A DNA stretch of 64,000 nt from Lama glama (GCA_028534125.1 CM052816.1:25174001-25238000); one strand, 5' to 3'; numbered from the stretch's first letter, positions 49,021 through 62,690 are shown. Numbers and translations are program-made. Notes: generated by a model from the letters alone, not told the origin.

Positions 49021-51159
49021 CTCCTGCTTTTTAATATAAGTGTCAAGTGTGCGTAATTGGCTGGGCTAGTGAAGTTAGTTCCTAAGAAAGTAATGAGATG
49101 TGGTGGGCTTCCTAAGGATCTCTGATAGTTACACTTCCTGCTGACATGGAAACAGAATAAGAGAGATATGTGCTTTAGATATTCTTTTTATTCTTCATAT
49201 AGGTTTTTCTGCTCATTTCTTAATAGTGTTATTTCCTTTTCTTTTTTATCCTGTCTTTGAGATATTTTATCTCGTTCTGTATTTCATCAATAGTGACTGC
49301 AATTATTGTGTGTGTGAGGGAGAGAGACTGAGAAACTGTATAGTCCCCACAATCCTAGCGGTATTAGATTTGAATATTTTAAAGTAGAAAACTAGACTTA
49401 TAGTCTCATTTAGGTACTATGCAAATGAGTCAAAATTTCATAGCTCTTCACCTCTAAAATAAAAAAGGAAGTAGCAAGACCTCATTACTATAGGCAGAAA
49501 GTGGAATAAATGTAGTTCCTAAAAATGTCAGAATAAAATTTTATAATCTGATGATTTACAGTTCATTCTATGGTTTTAGTATGTAAAGGATAAGCATATC
49601 TAACGGAAATGGATGAATTGGGTCAAATAGAATTGGAACCCATTAAAATTCCAGCCTGAATCTTTGAGGTATAGAGAAGCTTGGTCACCCAAGTGATATA
49701 TTATATAGCCCATTATTTGCTTCTGAGTTTCCTATTTTTCATCTGCCCAAGAAAATGGATGGTTCAAAAATCCCCTCAAACCTTTCATTTTGGAATCCAT
49801 GTTGGGATAGTTAAGAGAGATTAAAAATCACTCAGTAATTGAGTAATATTTGCCTGTCTGAGGTTTCAAACGAATGTTAATACCAAAATTTTTGAATAAC
49901 TCAGATTCTTAAATTTACCTTGAAACATTGTCATATGATACCTAAATTCTAAAGGCATGTTTCCACTGAAGATTATGATTTTGTCATTAAAACAAAGGCA
50001 CCAAACAAGCCTGCAGATTTCGCTGTCACTTGTTTGGAACAACTTTTTTCAAACGATGTAGTATATTTATGTGCATAAGGCAATAGTCCCCCTAATTATA
50101 ATTTTTTTTGCCTATTCAAAAAAATACAACAGATGTATTTCTGCCAACTCTTGGACTGTCACATGGCAAAGGAACAACTGAATAAATGCTTCAAATAAAT
50201 GTTCAAGCACTTCAACATGAATAATTTCTCAGCATATCCTTGCTGCTGTATTATAGCATTTAACCCTAATTCTGTCTTTGTTGGGAATGCAGATGATGAA
50301 CAAGATGGTTTGCATTTTACTCAGATCACTTCCCTCTGTGATCAGTAAGCATCAGAAACAGAATCTAAGATAGCAGAGCAATTGCCTTTTAAATGTCACA
50401 TAGCTGCCTCCATTATTCCAGCTGGCTTGCAGAAAGAAAGGTCCCTCTGTTAATGAGACTAACACTGCCAGTCCCATTATAATAGATTTAAGCAAATAAA
50501 TAACATGTTTGCCATTTCTTCTCTTGTTTTTCAAGCACTATTTTTGTCACTGATCTCATTGCTACAGACATTTGAGTAGAATAACTGTAATTGTTGCATA
50601 GCTTAGGGAATGAAAATTACACATGGAGTCTCTGTTTATTTTAGACAATTCAGCATATTAATCCAAATTGTCCTAAGAGCCTGTCCTCCTCTTGGATGCG
50701 TGGCTGTACCTATTGCACACTTCACAGGAGAGGAATAATAACATATAACTTCAAAAAGAACAAAATCTCTTACAAGCTGAAAAAGGGAATAGTACAAGGT
50801 CTGTCTAGATTATTGCCAACATTGATTTAAAAATAAAGAGCACTGATCTCCGGTCTTACGTAATTTAGTGAAATCAAAAATCCACTGGGAAAAAAATTCC
50901 TGTCTGAGAGAAGACATAGATATCACTTATCGAAAATCATGTTTTTCTGGTTGCACACAGTAAGTTAGGATGTCTAAACAAGAACTCTATGGCTATGTGG
51001 ATAAATCGCACTGTATAGTCCATACTAACTCACTCCTTTCCAATTTAGAAGTTCTCATGTAGACACTACAAGAGTCACATTAAAGTTCTTTAATTTATTG
51101 AGCTTTTCACTAGTCACAGGCTTTCTCTGGATCACCTAGTGAGTAGATGTCTTAAATAC

Positions 51160-51600
51160 CACCTAAACCAGTGACCCCCAGATCTAGAGTTCCAGTCCTC
51201 CCTGTCCCTGGAACTCCCAATGCAAATATCCAGCTCCTTCATTGCCATTCCTACCTGGGTGTTTCAAAGACGTTGCAAATGAGTGTAGCCAAAACAGAAC
51301 TCTACCTACACTCTACTAAAAGTTTTCTTTCCTCGTCATTCCCAATCAGTGAATCACATCACTATCCATCCACTTTCTCAGGGTGAAAATCTTAGACTAA
51401 TCTTAGATTTCTCTATTTCTTTTCTTCATGTCCTCCCAACACACACATATAAACATCAGTAAAACACATCTTTTGATGCTACCTCCATTATATCCCTCTG
51501 TTCACCTCCCTTTCCTCCACTACTACCACAGTGGTGCCAGCTGCAGTGTTCTTTTACTTGAACCCCTTCAGAAGGTTCTTGTCCAACCTACCCTTTCCTC
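51160..51600 (+). mobile_element. L2a internal/3' fragment
   Basis: TGACCCCCAGATCT, ATATCCAGCT, CCAAAACAGAACTC, CACTATCCATCCA, AATCTTAGA. Confidence 0.8.
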
Positions 51601-53401
51601 CCTCCACCCCCTACCCGTCTCCTCTCCTTCTCTTCTCCTTTCTCTCTGCCATAAAGAGTTTCTGTTTATCATTTTGCGATGAACAAAGTCACAGTTCCCT
51701 AAGCTTTCAAATAGAATATAAGAATAGAGAAAATGCCATATTAATATTTTCATCTTACAGACAGAGATTTCCAAACTCAAGGAATAAGTGCCCTCTGTGC
51801 TCATTGTTTTGCATGTAGACTTAGGAAATAGGTTTCTGGACATGCAGTTCGGTGACTCTGGAAACCCTGTGTGTAACATAATCTCGCATAAACTCTGTTC
51901 ATTCTAATTATTTTAGTTCTGTTGTATTATAATGATTTGATGGCTAATTATAACATTTATGTTGCTAAATTTTGTATCATTGTATATTGTTTAATGAAGA
52001 TATAAGCCCTAAATAGTTCTAAATATTTAAAGACTTTCAGTTATACATCTAAGACTGAGAAATACAGTGGCCTTCTCAATTGTTTTTGTTGTTCAATAAT
52101 TTAGGAATCATGCAACTTAGAATTACTTAATTTTTAAAAGGAGGCTCATATTATTTCATCTACCTGGGATCAGGCAAATGTCAAATAGGTTTACAAAGAA
52201 AAAGTAAATAGGCAGAGGAGGTAATTTTGTAAGGCAAACATAACAAAGCTTTTTCTAAATGTATTAGCTATTTTATTGTGTTGTTGTCACCATTGTTGTT
52301 TTGATGTATTTCTTCTTAGACTTTTGAGGGGAGAGAGAAGGGAGATCCAGAAATAGTGGCATCTGTGCTTATTCCAAAGCTGGGAAATAAAATCCTTACT
52401 ACTCAAAAAGCAACCTTGAGCTTGTCTATCTTAGTGTATTTTCTGTTAAGCTTCAGTAATGAACATCTAAAATTGTTGTAATGTACACAGATAATAATCA
52501 GTGAGGTTTTTCACATTGCTTCTGGAAAAACTGCTTTGTGTTCCAGTTTTAATTAGTGTATTATTATCCATTGCTAATTTGAGGGGTTTAGGCTAGAATT
52601 AGCACACAGCTGCAGAGAATGCAAGCGCATGAATTGCTAGATAGCTGGAGTCCATACAGAGGGGAAGAAGTAAATGAGGGAGATGCAACAAACCGTATCC
52701 TCCAGATAGCTCCTAAAATTTACCACCTATTACCTATAATTTAAAAGTGAGTTCTTTGATGAGAAGGAAACTGTGTTTCTATATTTCATTTGTTTTATAA
52801 TATAATAATAAAGTATAGAATTATCTTTTCTTAAAAAAAATTAATACATTCAGAAAACTAGAGAAAATAACTTAACCTGTTTACCTACCACCCAAACTAA
52901 ACAAATAGCAAAGTATTTCCATGTTTATTGTTGATTTTTCTAAGGGCAATACATCTTTGCAGAGGCGGTTTCAGTTGCCTTTCTAGCCCTCCTCGTACCC
53001 TCCCCCATTCTTTTCTCTCCCTCCCTAGGGGTAGCCAAAATTCTGGAGTTCCTAAGGGCACTCTGTATCTTGATTTCTATGCTTTTGCCAGATGTCTGTA
53101 AAGTTACAGCATACCCAGTAGTTTTTTTCATGTTTGAACGTTTTATAAATGATAACATGCCATGTATATTGGTACTGCAACTTGGTTTTTTTCACTTAAC
53201 CTTATGTTCGGCTGACTTCTCCATAGTGATACATGTATACGATTGAGTTTGTTCATCCTGACAGCTGCAGTGATAATCTTGTCCATGCTTCCCATGCATA
53301 TGTGCTGGGATAGGGATCCTTCCTGGCAGAGGTTCTCAAGCAGACATGATGCCACTCCCAAGGGCATCTGCAAATGCAGGGGAGCTTTCTTTCTATCAAA
53401 A

Positions 53402-53730
53402 TATATTCCATTTTCTAGGGCTTCCACAACAAAGTACCACAGACTGGGTGATTTAAATAATAGATATTTATTTTCTCACACTTCTGAAAGCTGGAGATCC
53501 AAGATCAAGGTGTTATCAGGGCTGATTTCCTCTGAGGCCTCTCTCCTTGGCTTGTAGGTGGTCATCTCTCTGCATCTTCACATGGTCTTCCCTCTGTCAC
53601 ATGCCTGTGTTCAAATTTCCTCTTTCTGTAAGGATGCTAGTCAGAGTTCACCCTGGTGATTTTATTGTAATTTAATTGTCTCTTTGAAGACCTTATGTCC
53701 AAACAGTCATATTCTGAGGTTGAAGGTTTG
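53402..53730 (-). mobile_element. MLT1B-like LTR, truncated
   Basis: AACAAAGTACCACAGACTGGGTG, CCAAGATCAAGGTGT, CTGAGGCCTCTCTCCTTGGCTTGTAG, CTTCACATGGTCTTCCCTCTGT. Confidence 0.9.
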
Positions 53731-53833
53731 TATAAGGGTATATATGCATGATTCAAGTTACCTACTCCGTGAATTGTTTCCCATAACATTTTCTGTGTAT
53801 TCTTTATATATTCTGGATTCTATCCTTTTGTTG

Positions 53834-53880
53834 TTTATATATATATATCTATATATAAAAGATATATATATATAAAATAT
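53834..53880. repeat. (TA)n compound microsatellite
   Basis: Seen directly. Confidence 0.9.
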
Positions 53881-55352
53881 CTTCTTCTAGCATGGAACTT
53901 GCCTTTAACTTAGTTTTTGGAATCATACTGAAGAATGGTTTAATATTTATTTAATAAAATGTATCAGTGTTTTCCTTTGTGTAAGTGATATTTGAGCCAT
54001 ATGTAAGTCTTCCTTACCCAGAGGTCATAAAGATAGTCTCTGGCATATCCTTCAAAAAGGGTTAAAGTTTTGCATTTCAAATTTAGGTCTTTACCTAAAT
54101 TTTGTTTTTGTTATTATGCAAGGTAGGAGTTGAATTTTTCAAGATGAATAGCCAATTGGCTCATCACCATTTAGTGACTATGTAAGCAATTCTCTACCTC
54201 TCTCAAATAATAACTTTCCAATTAAGTGTAGTTCTCTTTCTGAGTCCTCTAGTTTGACCCATCTGTCTGTGTGTCTGTGCTTCCACCTGGAATATTATAA
54301 CTGTGTGACATTGTGAAAAGTCTTGCTATCTCCTAGGGAAATTGTTTCTTATTGTTTTTCAGAATTACCTTTTTTTCTTGGCCTTTACTCTTATATCTGA
54401 ATTTTTGAATTAGCTCACCATCTTAATGAAAAAGAGAATTAAGTGGATTTTCTTTATAAGTGAGCTAAACTTATAGATGAATTTGGGAAAAAATGTTCAT
54501 CTCAATATTAAGGTTTTCTATCATAAGTGTATTATTTAGGCTTTTGAAAATTATTTATTTTAGTAATGCACTGTAATTTTCTTCACATATTTGCATCTTT
54601 AATTAGATGTATCTATCTTTATCTTAAAATATTTATTGCTATTATGAATTGTATCTTTTCATTGTTACATTATTAGAATGAGTAGTAATGTTACTAAGAG
54701 ATGATTTTGATTTTTGAATGTTGGTCTTAGATTCCAGCAAAGTTGCTAAATTCTCATTTTAGTTCTAATAGTTCTTCTCTGGAGTTTCTTGGATATCATA
54801 TATAAATTGATTATATCAACCACATTGATCACATATTTTTCCTTATAAAATCTTATATCTCTTTTTTTGCAGGCTAGGGCCTTAATAAAAATGTTAAATA
54901 GTATCAATTGGCATATATAATTTTTTGTCTGTCTTTTAATGAGAATGTTTTTCAGGTTTAACCATTACATGTCATGTGTGTTGTAGGCTTTTTATAGATA
55001 CTATTTAAGAATCCTCAATTCATCACTTGCAAATATTTTTTAAAGATTAATTGGTTTTGATTTTTACCAAAAAGGTTTCTGTGTACATTTAAATTCTCAT
55101 TTGGTTCATCTCATTTAGTGACTTAATGTGTTGAATTTCATTCATAATACTTTATTTCCTGGGACAAATCTTGATCAGTCAAATTGTATTTTGTATATTT
55201 ATTATTTTTTATGCTTTAACAGACTTGCTTTTCTAATATTTTATTTACATGCATTTTATCAGTATAATATGTCTGTAATTTTTTTGCACCCTCCTGTCTA
55301 GTTTTGATTTTGTGTCAAAGTTACACTAGTTTCAGAAAATCATTTGATTAGT

Positions 55353-55936
55353 GTAGCAGAGACATCTACTTGCTGTCTAATATCTCCCTCAATCTCTATT
55401 TTTCCTTTCTTTTCTGTTAAGAGATGTCTGATGATATTCTGGCATATTTTCTCTTCACTTTTATCTAGATGGTGACCATATAATAAATACTAGTATGAAT
55501 GTCATGTTACTATGTGAAATGCTTCTCCTGGAATTACGCAGACACAATATTGAAGTCTTATGTGATGACTCTGTTTCTACACAGGGAGATAGAAACAGAA
55601 GTGTTGCATCAGATTTTTCAGGAATGTTTCTTAAAAGGGAAGGTATGCACTCTGACTCTTCTGCTTTCCCTCTTCTGTCTGGCATATTGGACATGATTGT
55701 TAGAGAAGTCAGCTATATTGAATCATAAGATGACCTTGAAAATGGAAGCCCACATACTGAAAGTGGTGGTTGAGAAAGATTAGAACCTGGATTCCTGAAG
55801 ATGCTATGAAGTTGTCCTGGTATATCAGACGTGAAAAGTGTGTGTGTGTGTGTGTGTGTTGTGGTAAGTTCTTTCTTGTTTAAGCTCCTGTTATTGTAAG
55901 GTTTTCAGTAATAGCTAATGGTTATTTGTACTGGTA
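55353..55936 (+). mobile_element. MLT1J/K-like solo LTR containing a (TG)n tract at about 55839-55859
   Basis: TGTAGCAGAGAC start, CAGAAGTG, GACCTTGAAAATGGAAGCC, TCTTGTTTAAGC..CTGTTATT. Confidence 0.75.
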
Positions 55937-56171
55937 GTAGTTTTTATTACGTTTATTTTAGTCACTGAAATAATTTGCTTATAATAAGAATTATCTATCC
56001 CTTAAAATTCTGTTAACAATATCCTGTGAATCCTCTGGGCTTAAGTGTGTAGTTTGTCTCACTAACTCCCCCATGTGAGTTTTCTTCTCAGGAAAGGAGG
56101 TTCACGATAACCATGGAGTTGCCATTCTCCCAACATTTATGAAGTAGATCTACATGGTCCCAGGGGTGGAC

Positions 56172-56640
56172 TGTGACAAAGAAGTATACTGTTCATATCT
56201 TCCTTCAAAAGAAACTGCCAGGGAAATCCTAGTTGACTGACAACCTTAGGATGCCCCATTTTTGGATCCACTGTAGTGTTCATGTCAAAGACACACTTAC
56301 ATCAAACCACTACCAGCCAGTGATAGAACATGATAAGATTGCTAGACACAGTTATTTATGCCCAGCAGGGGACTAACCTGCCAGCCTTTACTCAAGGACT
56401 CCTTTTTGGCATCATTGAGATTTTCTCAGTTTACTGTTGTTCAAATCTCTTTCTACCCAATTCTTCTACCTTCATTCCCCGCCTTTAGAGGAGACGGACC
56501 AACATCATATGCTGAAGGCATTCCCTGCTTATTCATATTTTCCCTCCTTTATTCCTTCACAAGTTTTCTCTCAATAACATTCTTCTATGTTTAATTTTTT
56601 TTAGGTATATGCTTTTCTGTACAAACACAGAATCAAGGCA
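56172..56640 (+). mobile_element. ERVL LTR40/LTR41-like solo LTR
   Basis: TG..CA ends; TAGTTGACTGACA, TTGGATCCAC, CTCAAGGACTCC, CTACCCAAT, TCCTTCACA..CAATAA. Confidence 0.75.
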
Positions 56641-56789
56641 TTAAAAATCAGAAGGGGAGGCACTGTCATCTAACTAAAGAAATAATCCACTTAGAAGATT
56701 ACCTAGATAATTAGTATAAAGCCTCAGGCTTTCAAAGTATGAAGTAAAAATAGAATTACAAAGACAACAGAAATTGAGGGCCACACTGA

Positions 56790-57129
56790 TGGGACTATAG
56801 CTCCGATGTCTGCAATTGGCCTCCAGTCCACCTAGGGCTCATCCTACCTGATCAACATGGTGTCATTGATCATATGGCTTAATGTGAAGCTCTGCAGGGC
56901 ATCAGTTAGAGAAGTCCACACTGAGCAGAAGTAGCCCTCCTTTAGTACCTCTACCATGCTCAGGCAATGGCTGGGAGCAGTTCGGAAGATACATGGCCTT
57001 GGCATGAATACCCTGAGAGAGCTGATGATGCGGGGCAACTGCAGGCTGTTCATCAATTCTCTCTCCTCTTTCTCGGGCATAAAGTCCTCTAGAAGGAAAT
57101 CTGGGAGGCACAACTCCCTGACTGCCACA
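56790..57129 (-). mobile_element. ERVL LTR33/LTR40/LTR41-like LTR, partial
   Basis: Reverse complement begins TGTGGCAGTCAGGGAG..GCCTCCCAGAT and contains CTGCTCCCAGCCATTGCCTGAGCATGG. Confidence 0.7.
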
Positions 57130-57826
57130 GACCCTAAATCCCATTTTGTCTCATATTAGTAGTGGAACATATATATCCACATAGAATATTATACATGCTA
57201 TGTCTGATACTACATTTGATATAACTGCTATTTACACCACTACTAATTACCTGTTAGGTTATTGATTAGATTACTTAGTCAGTTGTTTGGTTATATGTAT
57301 GCTAGTTTTCTTGTTAATTCTTTTTGTCTTATATTCTATTTTTCATGTTACTAATATTGCTATTCTTTATGCAATATCAGTTTCCTGGAATTTTATAAAG
57401 GTAGTGTCTATTCTCTTCCTCACAAGTAAATAGTAAGCTTTTTCCTCACTTTCAAGGATGTAAAAATAAATAAAAAATAAACATTCAAATAGCAGAGCTC
57501 TTACAATCATGCATATTAAAACTGAATCTCAAAAAATGAAAAAGTAATTCTCAGCAAATAATTTGAAATTATGAAAGATACTGGTGGGGGGATGGAGGAA
57601 TCAGTGAAAATAAAACATTCATTATCTCCTATTATCTTTCAGAGACAGCACAGTAAAGTATTCCAGTCCATATGTGTAGAAATTGTGGGTACTAATGAGA
57701 TGTGAACTAATAATAAGGGCTCTGTTTGCTTCCACCAAAACCAATTCTGGATGGAAATAAAATAGAAAATAAATGATAAACCAAATATGAAAATCTTGAG
57801 ACTTGTCCCCTGAAGTCTATTTGTGA

Positions 57827-58986
57827 ACCCACTTTGATAAGAGTTTTTATCATGAATGGGTGTTGAATTTTATCAAATGCTTTTTCTGCATCTATTGAGA
57901 TGATCATGTGATTTTTATCCTCTCTTTTGTTGATGTGGTATACCACTTTGATTTGCATATGTTGGCCCATCCTTGTGTCTCTGGGATGAATCCAACTTGG
58001 TCATAGTGCATGATCTTTTTAATGTGTTGTTGCATTCTGTTTGCTAATATTTTGTTAAGGATTTTTGCATCTGCATTCATCAACAATACTGGTCTGTAAT
58101 TCTCTTTTTTGGTAGTGTCTTTGTCTGGTTTTGGTATCAGGATGATGGTGGCTTCATAGAATGAGTTTGGGAGTGTTCCCTCCTCTTCAATCATTTGGAA
58201 GAGTCTGAAAAGGATTGGTTTAAGTTCTTCTTTGTATGTTTGCTCAATTTCCCCAGTGAAGCACTCTGGTCCTGGACTTTTATTTGCAGTAAGTTTTTTT
58301 AATTGCTGATTCTATTTCATTTCAGGTGATTGGTCTGTTCAAATGATCTAGTTCTTCTTGATTCAGTTTTGGTGGACTGTATGTTTCTAGAAACTTTTCC
58401 ATTTCTTCTAGGTTGTCCAATTTATTGCCATATAGTTGTTCATAGTATTCTCTTATGTTTCTTTTGAATTTCTGTGGTGTTGATTGTAATTTCTCCATTT
58501 TTCTTTCTTATTTTGTGTTCTCGCTCTTTTCTTCTTGGTGAGCCTGGCCAGAGACTTGTGAATTCTGTTTACTACTCTTTCAAAAAAAAAGCTCTTATTT
58601 TGATTTTTTTCTTTTGTCTTTGTAATCTCTGTTTTTTTATTTCCTGCCTGATCTTTATTATTCCTTTCCTTCTGCTGACTTTAGGTTTTGTTTGTTCTTC
58701 TTTTCCTAATTCTTCTAGATGATAGGTTAGGTTGTTTATTAGATTCTTCTTGCTTTTTGAGGAAGGCTTGTGTCACTATAAACTTCCATCTTGGGATTGT
58801 TTTTGCTATATCCCATAGATTTTGTGTGGTTGTGTTTTCATTGTCATTTGTCTCAAAGCGTTTTTTAAATTTCTTCTTTGATTTCATTTTTGACCCATTA
58901 GTCTTTTAGTAGCATGTTGTTTAGTCTCCTTGCAGTTTTTTTTCCTCATTTGTTCTTCTGTGGTTGATTCTTAGTTTCATGCCATT
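57827..58986 (-). mobile_element. Inverted 5' part of a lineage L1 (ORF2, end of endonuclease to start of RT)
   Basis: Track peptides [45 protein letters not shown] and [24 protein letters not shown]. Confidence 0.95.
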
Positions 58987-60353
58987 TTCTTCAGCAAATG
59001 ATATTGAGAAAACTGGCCAGCCACGTGTAAATCAATGAAGTTAGAACACTCCCTAACACTATACACCAAAATAAACTCAAAATGGCTTAAAGACTTAAAT
59101 ATAAGACAAGACACTATAAATGTCCCAGAAAAAAACATAAGCAAAACATTTTCTGACATAAATTTTAGCAATGTTCTCCTAGTATACTCTACCTAGGTAA
59201 CAGAAGTAAAAGCAAAACAAATGGTATCTAATTAAACTTACAAGCTTTTGTACAGCAAAGGAAACCTTAAGCAAAGTAAAAAGACAACCTACGGAATTGG
59301 AGAAAATATTTGCAAATAATGCAACTGACTTGGCTTAATTTCCAGAATATATTCACAAGTCATACAACTTAGTAACAAAAAACAACCCAATCCAAAAATG
59401 GGCAGAAGACTTAAACAAGAAATTCTCCAGTGAAGACATACAAATGGCCAATAGGCACATGAAAAAATGCTCAGTATTGCTAATTATTAGAGAAATGCAA
59501 GTCAAAACTACAATGGGGTATCACCACACACCAGTCAGAATGGCCATCATTAAAAAGTCCACAAATTTTAAACGCTAGAGAAGGTGTGGAGAAAAGGGAA
59601 CCATCCTACACTTATTGGTGGGAATGTAGTTTGGTGCAGCCATTATGGAAAACAGTATGGACATTCCTCAAAAATCTAAAAACAGACTTACAATATGATC
59701 CAGCAATCCCATTCCTGGGCATATATGTGGAGGGAAATCTAATTTAAAAAGTTACATACATGTTCATAGCAGCACTATATGCAATAACCAAGACATGGAA
59801 ACAGCCTAAATGTCCATCAACAGATGACTGGGTAAAAAAGCTGTGGTATATTTATACAATGGAATAATACTCAGCCATAAAGAAGAATAAAATAATGCCA
59901 TTTGCATCAACATGGATGGACTTGGAGATCATCATCCTAAGTGAAGTAAGCCAGAAAGAGAAAGAAGATTTACCATATGCTATCCCTCATTTGTGGAATC
60001 TAAAAAAAAGAAAAAGTAGACATTAATGAAATTATCTACAAAACAGAAACAGACTCACAGACATAGTAAACAAACTTAGGGTTACCAGAGGGAGAGGAGG
60101 TAGGAAGGGATAAACTGGGAATTCTAGATTTGCAAATGTTAACTACTGTATACAAAATAGATAAACAAGAAGTTCCTTCTGTATAGCACAGGACACTATA
60201 TTCAATATCTTGCAGTAACTTATAATGAAAACAAATATGAAAAAGAATAAGTAAGTGTGTGTGTGTGTATATATATAATGACTGAAACATTGTGTTGTAC
60301 ACTAGAAATTGACGCACTGTAAACTGACTATACTTCAATTAAAAAAAGAAAAA
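58987..60353 (+). mobile_element. Non-inverted 3' part of the same L1 (ORF2 C-terminus, camelid-like 3' UTR, A tail)
   Basis: ACACCAAAATAAACTCAAAATGG, CCAGTCAGAATGGCCATCAT, ACAAAACAGAAACAGACTCACAGAC, TGTAAACTGACTATACTTCAATTAAAAAAAG. Confidence 0.95.
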
Positions 60354-60584
60354 GAACTGATGGAAAGAAATTCAGATACATCACCTTCACCTCTCTCCAA
60401 AATTCTGAATCCTTTCATTTACACTAGATGCATAATGTATAAATTTTTAAAGTTTTGCCTCTCCTAATGCTATAATCAAGAGTCCTTTTTTAGTCCATTT
60501 TCATTGTCTCTCATTTTTCTTAGTTTTTATTCATGTTGAATTATTCCTTTATGGGTGTAATTACTTTTTAGTGAATATCAGAAA

Positions 60585-62690
60585 CTTTGAAGGAAATTTC
60601 GTCAACCAGATAAAGGACATTGACTTAAAACAAAACAAAACCACTTGCAGCTAACATCATAGTTGATGGTAAAAGACTGACTGCTTTTCTCTTAAGATTG
60701 TCCGCAAGGCCAGAATGATTACTCTCCCCATTTCTGTTCACTGGAGGTCCCAAGCTATACACTAAGTATGAAAAAGAAATAAAAGCATTTATGTTGGAAA
60801 GGAAGAAGTAAAAGTCTCTATTCACAACTAACATGATGGTCTTCATTTTGACAAAGAATCTATTAAATAGCTACTAGAACTAATGGGTGAATTTAGCAAG
60901 ATCACTGGGTACAATATCAATATATGAAAATCAATTGTCTTCAGTATACCTGCAATGAAGACTTAGAAACTGAATTTAAATAACATAATGCATTTTACAA
61001 TAACACCAAAATATGGAAATATGTGATAAATCTAACAAAATATATGCAGGATTTATATGTTGAGAACTACCAAACAATGGTCATAGACTGGACCAGTTAA
61101 TATTGTTAAGAAGTTAATTCTCAAAAATGTTCTTTAGACTTGGCATAATCCTGATTAAAATACCAACAAAACTTTTTTGTGTGGAAATCAAAAAGCTGAC
61201 TATAAAACTTATATAGAGAAAGCAAGGAAGTTAGAATAGTCTCCCCAATACTGAAAAAAATAAAAATAGAAAGACTTAAATTACCTACCTATAAGACCTG
61301 TAGGCGAGGTAGGTAATCAAGACAGTGAGGTAAAGAAAAAGGATAACCACATAGATCAACAGAACAGACTAAAAGGTCCTGAAATAACCTACACATATAT
61401 GGTCAATTGATTATCAACAAAGTTTCCAAGGCAATTCAATGGAAAAATCAGTATTTTCAATAACTGTTGTTACAACAGTGGAGCCATGTGCAAATAAATT
61501 AATGTCAACCCATGCTTACACCATAAACAAAAGTTAACTTGAATTGAATAATCATAAACCTGAATGAAAAATGTAAAACTATAGTACTTCTGAAAAAAAA
61601 GCATAAGAGAAATCTTATTTCAAGTGAAGATTTCTTAAGGCAAAAAAAGCATAAACTGTAAAAGAAGAAAGTGACAGGACTTCAGAATTACTTCATCAAG
61701 ATTAAAAATGTCTACTCTTTGAAAGACACTGAAAAGACATGCTACAGAGTAAGATAAAAATAATTGCAAAACACGTATCTGATGAAGGATTTGTATCCAG
61801 AATATATGAGTAGTTCTCACAACTGAATAGAAAAACAAAAATACCCATTAAAATATGGACAAAAGATTTGAACGCCAAAGAAAATAAACTGATAGAAAAA
61901 AGCATATGAAAAGAAAATCAACATCATTAGTCATGAGGAAATTGAAAATTAAAACCACAAAGAGATATTGATACACATTTAGAATGGTTAATTTTTTTTT
62001 AATAAAGAAAAAATAACAACTTGACCACACCAAATGCTATCACGTATGTGAAGCACCTGGAACCCTGTGGAACTCTCATACATTGTTGGAGAGAATGACA
62101 CAACCATTGTGGAAGTCTAATGAGCAATTTCTTTAAAAGCTAAACATACACTTACTACACACAATCCCACTCCTAGGAATTTATCCAGGAGAAATAAAAA
62201 TATATATTCACACAAAAACCTGTGTGTGTGTGTGTGTGTGTATACATACTCAAAATGTCAAAATGCTTTATTCAGAAATACCTAAAACTGAAAGTTATTC
62301 AAATACCCATGAACTGATGAATGACAAAGTATGGTACATCCATACAATGGAATACTACTTAGTAATAAAGTGGGAAAATGATTTATGTAAACACAGAGAT
62401 GAAGTTCATGCAGACTCAAAAGGCAACATTCTGCATGATACTATTTATATGACATTGGGGAAAAGACTAAACCACAGTGACAAAAATCAAATCAGTGGTT
62501 ACCATGGCAAGGGGAGGGGAGGAAACTGACCACAAAGGGACATGAGTAAAGATGATAGAGTGTTTGATACCTTTATCATGGAGGCAGTTACACAAGTATG
62601 TATGTTTGTCACAATTCATAGAACTGTACACTAAAAAGAGAAAATTTATCTTAATGTAAATTTACATCAGTAAACTTAACTTGGAAAAAA
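60585..62690 (+). mobile_element. Old L1 (L1ME1/L1MD-type) ORF2 RT to 3' UTR; (TG)n at 62221-62241
   Basis: CAGCTAACATCATA, TTGGAAAGGAAGAAGTAAAA, CTACTAGAACTAAT, TATATGGTCAATTGAT, CATAGAACTGTACACTAAAAAGAG. Confidence 0.9.

Larger units (their letters stand above)
52830..55350 (-). mobile_element. Old L1ME 3' UTR and ORF2 fragment with nested MLT1B
   Basis: TACCACCCA, CTGCAACTTGGTTTTTTCACTTAAC, TTTATATATTCTGGAT, TTTAGGTCT, GTTGCTAAATTCTCATTTTAGTTCTAATAG. Confidence 0.8.

Noticed and set aside
48861..49065. Apparent minus-strand CCAAT, TATA-like box and GTAAGT donor
   Set aside because: The putative first exon overlaps L2-like sequence and the motifs are short enough to arise by chance.
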